From positions 1 through 41,752 of the forward strand of contig JAUVXS010000001.1 of NCBI GenBank assembly GCA_030603485.1: DNA of 41,752 bases, written 5' to 3'. The DNA comes from Dehalococcoidia bacterium (GTDB lineage Bacteria; Chloroflexota; Dehalococcoidia; GIF9; AB-539-J10). Within the stretch, counting starts at the first letter, position 1. Each line of letters begins with the position of its first letter. Below, one piece after another: positions 1-7,288 of the stretch. Position numbers and translations under genes: made by a program. The notes under the pieces were generated by a model that did no database searches, was not told the DNA's origin, and worked only from the letters and a program-made list of their open reading frames with translations.

Positions 1-1
1 C

Positions 2-235
2 CTGCTCTTAAAAAAGGCGTTAGGCAAGAAGGTCTACAGCCTAATGGGCAGTGAGTTAGCTGCTGAAACTCTGAAACGGCTAGGAATTGCCTACTCTTTT
101 TTGACTGTGGTTCCTTATATTTCAAATCAAGCAGGGGATGATATGTGTCCTTTTGAGAAAGCCTCGATTGGAAAATCTCCTGAGGAATTTTATGAATTTG
201 CAAAGGAAAAGCTAGCACTGAAAGAGAAGCAGTGA
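2..235 (+). CDS. 3' end of a CDS that begins upstream of the window; hypothetical protein
   Basis: Frame is open from base 2 (LLLKKALGKKVYSL precedes the first Met at 44) to TGA at 233-235. I cannot name a motif. Confidence 0.4.
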   Translation: MLLKKALGKKVYSLMGSELAAETLKRLGIAYSFLTVVPYISNQAGDDMCPFEKASIGKSPEEFYEFAKEKLALKEKQ

Positions 236-374
236 AGGTTCTGGGCTGCGAAGCCAAACCGAAGATGAAGGACGGAATCAGGAGAGTTTATGACCGGATT
301 GTGGAACATCAAGAGTGGATAGAGACTTATGAGAGGTTTTAATACTCTATAAGATAGCTTATGGTAAGGAAACT

Positions 375-1226
375 ATGGATTATTCTACTTTAAAAGGCCT
401 CCTGGCTGAAGTATTCGATTTGTTTCCTGATGAAATAAGGGCACTCACTCTTTACCCAAATTATTACCAGTACTTACTGATCCTTAGAACTGTGTTGCCT
501 TATCTTCAGGAGGATAGGAAAGTTTTAGATGTAGGTGCGGGAGCAGGCGTAATACCTCTAGTGTTAAGAAAGGCAGGGTATGAATGTTCAGCAATTGATA
601 CCTGGATAGAGTATTCTAAAGAGTACAGCAATAGAATGGGTATAAAAAAGGATATCATCGAGAGGCTTGAAAGAAATGGGGTTCAGGTACATTATTGCGA
701 CATAGAGAAAGAGGTGCTCCCATTTAAAGATTGTAGTTTTAATATCGTTCTTCTCCTAGACGTGATTGAGCACCTTCATAATTCACCGAAAAAAGTCTTA
801 AAAGAAATAAAGAGAGTTCTCGTACCAAATGATGTATTAATAATAACTACTCCGCACCTTGCAACCCTAAAGAACAGAGTCTACTTGCCTTTTGGACGAA
901 GTAATTACGTGGAATTTAAAGAATGGTATGATAATGAGCCTTTCTTTGGGCATATTAGGGAATTTACATTACATGAGGTTAAAAATATGCTTAGGCGGGA
1001 AGGTTTTAGAGTTAAGCGGGCAAGTTTGAGTAATTGTTTACAGTTTCCAGCCATCAAGAATTTTAGATTTAAGCCATATCAGCTGCTCATGAGCCTTTAT
1101 TTATTAGTTACAACAATTATTCCGAAACTCCGATATCTAATGATTGTTGTTGCGCAGAAAATCGAAAGCAAAGAAGTTTTGGACTATGAGGCCAAAATGC
1201 CAATCAAAGACGGCGCCAAGCCTTAG
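375..1226 (+). CDS. Class I SAM-dependent methyltransferase
   Basis: Motif I VLDVGAGAGV and post-motif LLLDVIEHL. AAGGA Shine-Dalgarno lies just upstream of the ATG. Hydrophobic C-terminal segment. Confidence 0.8.
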   Translation: MDYSTLKGLLAEVFDLFPDEIRALTLYPNYYQYLLILRTVLPYLQEDRKVLDVGAGAGVIPLVLRKAGYECSAIDTWIEYSKEYSNRMGIKKDIIERLERNGVQVHYCDIEKEVLPFKDCSFNIVLLLDVIEHLHNSPKKVLKEIKRVLVPNDVLIITTPHLATLKNRVYLPFGRSNYVEFKEWYDNEPFFGHIREFTLHEVKNMLRREGFRVKRASLSNCLQFPAIKNFRFKPYQLLMSLYLLVTTIIPKLRYLMIVVAQKIESKEVLDYEAKMPIKDGAKP

Positions 1227-1232
1227 CTGAAC

Positions 1233-2450
1233 ATGAGAATTCTGCAAGTAATACCCTATTTCATTCCGGCATGGAACTATGGTGGCCCTCTAACGCTGGT
1301 CCATAACCTGTCAAAAGAACTGGTGGAAAGAGGCCATGAAGTTGTTATTTATACCACAGATACACTCAACGCCAATCATAGAATAAAAGAAACAGAGGAA
1401 ACGATAAATGGGATAAAGGTACGGCGATTCAGAAATGTGAGCAATTCCATCGCGTACAAACACAACCTTTTTTTGTCACCCAGCATGCTTTTCGCGATAA
1501 CGAAAGAACTACCCAGTTTTGATATAATCCATATGTATGAGTATCGAACCGCACAAAACATTCTGGTTCATCACTACGCCAAGAAATATGATGTCCCGTA
1601 TGTCTCACAAGCAGATGGCTCATTGGTAACCAGTCTTCGTAAGGGACAATTAAAAAAAACCTTTGATTTCCTCTTTGGACACAGAATTATACTGGATGCC
1701 TCAAAAGTAATTGCCGTGACGCCCACTGAAGTTGAAAAGTATAGAGAACTAGGGATAGAAGAATCTAAGATAGTGCAAGTTCCCAATAGTATAGACATTA
1801 ATGAATATGAGCGACTGCCGGAAAAGGGGTCTTTTAGAAAGAAATACGGGATTACGGAAGAGAATATTGTGTTATTCCTTGGTAGGATTCACAAAATAAA
1901 GGGGATAGATATTCTGGTAGAAGCGGCTGCCCAACTTATAAAAGACGGGCGAAGTATAAGATTGGTAATAGCGGGGCCGGACTATGGTGCCCTTGGCTAC
2001 CTCACAAAGCTTGCTAAGGAGCTAAATATTGGTGGTCAAGTAACCTTCACTGGTTTTATATTGGGAGAAATGAAACTTGCCGCTTACGTGGATGCTGACG
2101 TGTATGTGTTACCCTCAATTTATGAAACCTTTCCCATAGCGGTGCTAGAGGCGTGTGCTTGTGCTACTCCGGTGATAGTTACCGACGCTTGCCAAATAGC
2201 CGATTTAGTGCGAGACACTGTTGGTTTTGTTGTTCCCTATGACAAAGACCGGTTGCGAGACGCGATCTTAGGTATGTTAACGAATAGAGAGCTTAGGATG
2301 AAATTTGGAGAGAGAGGCAGGGTATTAGTCAAAGAACAATATGCCTCCTCAAACCGCACTAATCAAATTGAAGCGGTCTATACGAAGGTATTAATCGATC
2401 ATAATAATAGTAAAAAGACATTGAGAATGAGATGCCAACAACCTGTGTGA
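1233..2450 (+). CDS. GT4-family (GT-B) glycosyltransferase
   Basis: N-terminus MRILQVIPYF..GGP. C-terminal E-x7-E motif ETFPIAVLEACACATPVIV. Length about 400 aa. Confidence 0.85.
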   Translation: MRILQVIPYFIPAWNYGGPLTLVHNLSKELVERGHEVVIYTTDTLNANHRIKETEETINGIKVRRFRNVSNSIAYKHNLFLSPSMLFAITKELPSFDIIHMYEYRTAQNILVHHYAKKYDVPYVSQADGSLVTSLRKGQLKKTFDFLFGHRIILDASKVIAVTPTEVEKYRELGIEESKIVQVPNSIDINEYERLPEKGSFRKKYGITEENIVLFLGRIHKIKGIDILVEAAAQLIKDGRSIRLVIAGPDYGALGYLTKLAKELNIGGQVTFTGFILGEMKLAAYVDADVYVLPSIYETFPIAVLEACACATPVIVTDACQIADLVRDTVGFVVPYDKDRLRDAILGMLTNRELRMKFGERGRVLVKEQYASSNRTNQIEAVYTKVLIDHNNSKKTLRMRCQQPV

Positions 2451-2540
2451 TTAATGCGCCGCTCGTGTCGTCGATTCATGATAATCATATTCATGTGCTA
2501 AACCTGCTTAGTTTATTCGAATTGCAGTCTGACGAAATAT

Positions 2541-2711
2541 ATGATTGTGAGCTTCCAGGTAACCGAGGACATGCCTCAGCAAGTTCTAACTTCGCCCATG
2601 TACCCTCCACTAACCAAGAAGGAAATTGATGATATAGCTAGCGAGATTGCTACTTTTTGGGCGAGAAGATCGGCGACTCCCGAAGGGTTCGTTTCTAGTT
2701 CGCGCAGATGA
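2541..2711 (+). pseudogene. Possible relic of the 3' end of a DegT/DnrJ/EryC1-type aminotransferase gene (56-codon ORF below the track cutoff)
   Basis: Hand translation gives MIVSFQVTEDMPQQVLTSPMYPPLTKKEIDDIASEIATFWARRS... The stretch VL.sPmyPpLTkkEIDdI resembles the conserved C-terminal 'LP.hP.Lt.eei..v' tail of sugar aminotransferases. It sits in an otherwise unexplained 277-nt gap. Confidence 0.3.
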
Positions 2712-2727
2712 GAAAAGGAAGGTAAGG

Positions 2728-4533
2728 ATGGTAGCCAAAAGCAACCTGATTGTTACTACAAGCTGGGATGATGGCACCATAAGTGACCTCAAGCTTGCCG
2801 AATTATTAGATAAACATGGAATCGAAGGGACATTTTATATTTCCAGGTCTTCCAAGCATAATTTATTCCAACAAGAAGATATGAGGGTAATAGATGGAAA
2901 ATTTGAGGTCGGTGCTCATACGATGAATCACCCGGATTTAACCAAGCTTTCCTCGTCACGGGCTGAAGGGGAAATCAAGACCTCAAAAACATACCTGGAA
3001 GATTTGCTGGGGCACCCTGTATCCTTGTTCTGTTATCCGTATGGAAGATATAACAAAGCTACCAAGAAAATAGTGCAAGATTGCGGATTTGTTGGTGCCA
3101 GGACGTGTGAGCCGGGAGGCTTTGATTTGCCTGAAGACCCTTATCAGTGGCACATTACCCTGTCTGCCTCCAATGGTTCTCCACTTATGGCACTGAGAAC
3201 ATGGTGGAAGTTTCGCCTGTGGAAGATTAGCGGGCTACTAGATTGGGAAAGCCGAGCCAAATTATTATTTGATTTAGCTTTGGAAAGGGGAGGGGTTTAC
3301 CACATCTATGGGCATTCGGCAGAATTCGAAGCCAACAACGAATGGGATAGGCTGGAGAGGGTGTTGGGGTATATTTCGAATAAAGAAGGGGTGAAGTATG
3401 TGACGAATGGGGAAGTTTTAGGGGGGGGTGAAATAACAATGAAGAGAACATGGACTATGAGAGCTTACGAAGTGGGAGCCGAAAATGAAATGTTTGAACT
3501 TGATAAGGTGGTGTCGGGAGAAGCGATGCCGAACAGGGAGCGATGGATGGAGGGATGGAGGTGGATGTTTGTTGATAATCCTGCTGGTAATTCCATAATA
3601 TGGCTCGCAGAGCATAATGGCAAGCTGGTGGGTCAATACCCTCTTGTTATGGAAGATATGAAGATCGGGAGGGAAATCGCAAAGGGAAGTCAAATTGCGG
3701 ATACTATGACTCATCCTGAATATAGGAGGCAGGGAATAGCATCTATATTGGGAGAAAAGGCATTAAGCCAATTAAGGAAGAAAAAGGTATTTCTTGCATT
3801 TGGATTCCCTACTCCCCAGGTATATCCAATTCATATCAAATCTGGCTGGTTTGATGTTTGCCCTTTTCAAGTAATGGTGAAGCCCCTTAATTTAAGGAAC
3901 ATCCTAAGAAGCCATCTTAGCCTTAACAAATTATTGCTTTACATCTTAACGGTAGGCGGAAACCTGATTCTTAAAACACTTTTCAGGACAAAGAAGCCTC
4001 CGCAAGTTAATGAACTGATGATCACTAGAATCTCGCATTTTGATGATCGGTTTGATAATCTTTGGGAAAGAGTTTCCAATGATTACAGTATAATTGTAGC
4101 GAGAAACAAAAGATACCTGAACTGGAGGTATATTATCACTCCCAATATTGACTACACAGTCTACGCAGCTGAAATAAGGGCGGAGGTTTATGGATATGTG
4201 GTCTTAGGTAATTATAATGACTATGAAAAGAAAGATCTAAAGATTGGGTGTATCTATGACATTATTGCTGCGCTAGGTGATGAAGATGTACTTCATCACC
4301 TAATTTCCAAAGCCATAGATTATTTTAAGGAGGAAAAAGTAGACGCTGTTTTTTCGCAGACGGTAGCCAACAGAATTTATCGTAAAGTTCTTTTAAAAAA
4401 TGGCTTTGTTCCTTATCTCAGGTCAAAGAGTCGATTTATTGCATATAATGCCTCCCTTAGCGTTCCCAATGAATTTCTTAAGGATTTCAAGAATTGGTTT
4501 ATTCAACTGGGTGATTTGCCAAGGGTGTATTAA
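2728..4533 (+). CDS. Fusion protein: N-terminal NodB-type polysaccharide deacetylase plus C-terminal GNAT acyltransferase with an extended C-domain
   Basis: NodB motifs TSWDDG, HTMNHP and CYPYG. GNAT motif THPEYRRQGIASILG. The ORF opens at 2647, but ATG 2728 follows a strong AAGGAAGG Shine-Dalgarno. The domain boundary is at about 3421-3441. Confidence 0.8.
   Translation: MVAKSNLIVTTSWDDGTISDLKLAELLDKHGIEGTFYISRSSKHNLFQQEDMRVIDGKFEVGAHTMNHPDLTKLSSSRAEGEIKTSKTYLEDLLGHPVSLFCYPYGRYNKATKKIVQDCGFVGARTCEPGGFDLPEDPYQWHITLSASNGSPLMALRTWWKFRLWKISGLLDWESRAKLLFDLALERGGVYHIYGHSAEFEANNEWDRLERVLGYISNKEGVKYVTNGEVLGGGEITMKRTWTMRAYEVGAENEMFELDKVVSGEAMPNRERWMEGWRWMFVDNPAGNSIIWLAEHNGKLVGQYPLVMEDMKIGREIAKGSQIADTMTHPEYRRQGIASILGEKALSQLRKKKVFLAFGFPTPQVYPIHIKSGWFDVCPFQVMVKPLNLRNILRSHLSLNKLLLYILTVGGNLILKTLFRTKKPPQVNELMITRISHFDDRFDNLWERVSNDYSIIVARNKRYLNWRYIITPNIDYTVYAAEIRAEVYGYVVLGNYNDYEKKDLKIGCIYDIIAALGDEDVLHHLISKAIDYFKEEKVDAVFSQTVANRIYRKVLLKNGFVPYLRSKSRFIAYNASLSVPNEFLKDFKNWFIQLGDLPRVY
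3421..3428 (+). repeat. G8 homopolymer at the deacetylase/GNAT domain junction
   Basis: Sequence is tta gggggggg tgaaataacaATGaag. It reads in frame as GGG GGG GGT GAA ATA ACA ATG (GGGEITM). Confidence 0.95.
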
Positions 4534-4545
4534 GGAGACTGGGTC

Positions 4546-5871
4546 ATGAAACTAGAATTTCTTAATCTGATGAAATGCCCCTACTGTGGGGCTGATATTA
4601 AGATTGGAGATGTATACGAAGAAAGAGAAGGAGAGCTAATTAACGGACGTGTAAAGTGTGAATGCAGTGAATTTAGTGTCCTAGAAGGCATCTTAAACAT
4701 TAAACCCGGGCCCTTAAATAAATATGTTATTAATTCCCTTGCTAGGCATAGAGTAAATGAAGCTGCAGGACTTTCGTTATGGAAGTATGCTGAGGATATT
4801 TGCAGAATTGCGTCGCTGCCAGAATTCGGAAAGCTGGGAAGGTTATTATTAACCTTATCCAAAATTGTAGCTAGACATACGTATAAAAAATACGTAGATA
4901 AAGATTTATCATTTTTTAGCTTGCTAGGGACTAGTGCATCCGATATGTATCTAAAACATCGCTTCTCGACAGAATCATTTTGGTCTATATATCCCTTTGT
5001 CCCGGTATTAAAAGGGAAAGCGGGAAGGATTTTGGATATAGGTTGCGGAGCAGGTCATGCCTCTTTTATATTGTCTACATACGTTAGACCCAAGGAATTA
5101 GTTTGTGTTGATTATGCCTTCAGAAATTTATACCAAGCTAAGAAATATTTTGTAAAAGATGCTGAATTTATTTGTTTAGATGCTAATTATCCACTGCCAT
5201 TCAAAAACAGCACTTTTGACGCCATTTTCATGTCGGATGTATTTCATTACATATATGCTCGCACTCTATTAGCCAGAGAAATGGAGCGTCTACTTCTCCC
5301 CCAAGGAATTATCCTGCTCCTGCATTTATACAACTCTTTAAGTTATGATCCAGCAGCACATGGCAAACCATTATCTCCTTTAAATTGGGGTAGATTATTT
5401 CAACAATTGCCTGTCAAAACATTGCCGGAAAGGAATCTCATAGAGGACTTTGTCTTGAATAACAAACTTGATTTAGTGAAAGAATACCCGGAAGCTGAAT
5501 TGAATGCTTGCAACACCATATGCCTTGTAGGAACTAAGGATAAAACGCTTTTCAGAGTTTATAAGGAAATAAATGAAGGGTTCCTAATGCACAAAGATAA
5601 TTTGATCATCAATCCAATCTATAGCATTGAACATAGAAGAGAGAGGGCGATCTTGCGGAGGCAGCTCCCCAGTGAATCATTTAGAAGGGAATACCCTATT
5701 ACAGAAAAATATTTACCCGAAGAATATACCATAGGTGAGGGACTATGTAAAATCTTGAAAGGAAGAACTTTAAATTTAGCTCAGACCACGATTTCAGAAG
5801 AGGATTTACATCATATTGAGTATCTGATGAAGAAGTTTATTGTGATCAACGTTCCCAAGAATTATTATTGA
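4546..5871 (+). CDS. SAM-dependent methyltransferase with N-terminal Trm112-like zinc ribbon and a C-terminal extension of about 150 aa
   Basis: CPYCG...CECSEFSVLEGILNI (Trm112/DUF343-like ribbon). Motif I ILDIGCGAGHAS. AAGGAG Shine-Dalgarno 8 nt upstream of the ATG. Confidence 0.75.
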   Translation: MKLEFLNLMKCPYCGADIKIGDVYEEREGELINGRVKCECSEFSVLEGILNIKPGPLNKYVINSLARHRVNEAAGLSLWKYAEDICRIASLPEFGKLGRLLLTLSKIVARHTYKKYVDKDLSFFSLLGTSASDMYLKHRFSTESFWSIYPFVPVLKGKAGRILDIGCGAGHASFILSTYVRPKELVCVDYAFRNLYQAKKYFVKDAEFICLDANYPLPFKNSTFDAIFMSDVFHYIYARTLLAREMERLLLPQGIILLLHLYNSLSYDPAAHGKPLSPLNWGRLFQQLPVKTLPERNLIEDFVLNNKLDLVKEYPEAELNACNTICLVGTKDKTLFRVYKEINEGFLMHKDNLIINPIYSIEHRRERAILRRQLPSESFRREYPITEKYLPEEYTIGEGLCKILKGRTLNLAQTTISEEDLHHIEYLMKKFIVINVPKNYY

Positions 5872-5984
5872 ATCTTTGAAACCATAGGTTGAAACACATG
5901 CTTGGCAAATTTGAAATGCATCTAAGCATTACTGGCAATAAGCTCCTTCGTTAACTTTTGAACCAAGCAAATTAGGTAGATAAA

Positions 5985-7262
5985 GTGAAGAAAGTTTTAA
6001 TTATAGCCTATTTCCCGCCACTTCCTCTGCCATCGCCACGCATAAGGGGCTTAGCTAAATATCTCCCTGAATTTGGTTGGGAACCCATTATTCTCGCCGC
6101 CTCCTTGCCGCAAAAGTCGGATACGCAGTTCAGGGTCATAGAAACACCTTATCGTGATGTACTGAGCTTTTGGAAAAGGTTATTCAGGTTAAACCCGGAT
6201 GAGGATTTAAGAGAGCGAATAAAGAAGCGATTTAGCATAGCCTCTAAAAAGTCTTTGATAGATTTTGTACTTACCTTTGGCGGTGAAATTGTCAATTATC
6301 CAGACGGATATAGAGGATGGAAGCCCTTTGCTATTAAGGCAGGAGATGAGCTCTTACAAACAGAGGATGTACAGGCGGTGATCAGCAGCTCGGCACCGAT
6401 AACATGCCATCTTATCGCGAGGGAGCTGAAAATTAAGCATAAGATCCCGTGGGTCGCCGATTTTCGCGATCTTTGGACACAGAATCATAATTATAGATAT
6501 GGACCGATAAGAAAGCTGTTTGATAAAAGATTGGAGCTGAAAACAATATCTGAGGCTGATGCCTTGGTGACCGTTTCACAGCCATGGGCAGATAAGTTGA
6601 GCACGTTCCATAAAGGTAAGACAGCGTACGCAATTACTAATGGCTTCGATCCAGAAATAGTAAATATTCCCCCAACAAATCTGACAGGCAAATTTACAAT
6701 AACCTATACGGGCACCATTCACTTCGAAAAGCAGAACCCTACCAAGCTTTTTCTTGCTTTGCGAGAGCTAATCTCTGAGGGGATCGTGGATCCACATGAA
6801 GTCGAGGTTAGACTTTATGGCTCAGAAACGAGGCGGTTAGCTGAGGAAGTCGAGCAGTACGAACCATCAGATATCATAAAGCAATATGGAAGAGTGCCTG
6901 TGCAAGTAGCTCGCGAAAAACAAAGAGAGTCTCAACTGTTGCTTATCTTAGACTGGGATGACCCCCAAGAAAAAGGGGTTTATCCCGGAAAGATTTTTGA
7001 ATACCTGGCAGCAAGAAGACCAATGCTGGCAACCGGCGGGTTAGATGATAATGTTGTTGAACAGCTATTAATTGAAACCAAAACTGGTGTGCATGCTCCA
7101 ACTGTGGGGGATACTAAAAACAGGCTTGAGGAGCTGTACCGGGAATACAAGGCGGAAGGCAAGATAGCCTTTCAAGGGAACGAAGCAGAGATTAATAAAT
7201 ATAGCCACCGGGAGATGGCGAGGAAATTTTCAGATGTTCTTGGGCAACTGGTACAAGAATGA
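5985..7262 (+). CDS. GT-B fold glycosyltransferase (GT4-like)
   Basis: N-terminus KKVLIIAYFPP. C-terminal GKIFEYLAARRPMLA motif typical of GT4/WbuB-like enzymes. GTG start. Confidence 0.65.
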   Translation: MKKVLIIAYFPPLPLPSPRIRGLAKYLPEFGWEPIILAASLPQKSDTQFRVIETPYRDVLSFWKRLFRLNPDEDLRERIKKRFSIASKKSLIDFVLTFGGEIVNYPDGYRGWKPFAIKAGDELLQTEDVQAVISSSAPITCHLIARELKIKHKIPWVADFRDLWTQNHNYRYGPIRKLFDKRLELKTISEADALVTVSQPWADKLSTFHKGKTAYAITNGFDPEIVNIPPTNLTGKFTITYTGTIHFEKQNPTKLFLALRELISEGIVDPHEVEVRLYGSETRRLAEEVEQYEPSDIIKQYGRVPVQVAREKQRESQLLLILDWDDPQEKGVYPGKIFEYLAARRPMLATGGLDDNVVEQLLIETKTGVHAPTVGDTKNRLEELYREYKAEGKIAFQGNEAEINKYSHREMARKFSDVLGQLVQE

Positions 7263-7288
7263 AACAAAATACGGGGTAAATCGTTAGC

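Noticed and set aside
238-261. GGCT-GCGA-AGCC stem with a GNRA-type loop after the first partial CDS.
   Set aside because: The core stem is only 4 bp, the outer pairing is interrupted, and no U-tract follows. There is not enough support for a terminator or structured RNA.
2511-2525. TTCGAAT (tRNA T-loop-like) in the 2451-2727 gap.
   Set aside because: The flanking bases cannot form a T-arm stem, and no acceptor or anticodon arms are evident.
5889-5917. Sigma70-like hexamers TTGAAA-17-TGAAAT upstream of the GTG-start glycosyltransferase. Also TTGTCA-18-TTCAAT at 11650-11679.
   Set aside because: The -10 elements are weak, the DNA is AT-rich and the host taxon is unknown. Only the much better TTGACA-17-TATGAT at 20455-20483 was kept.
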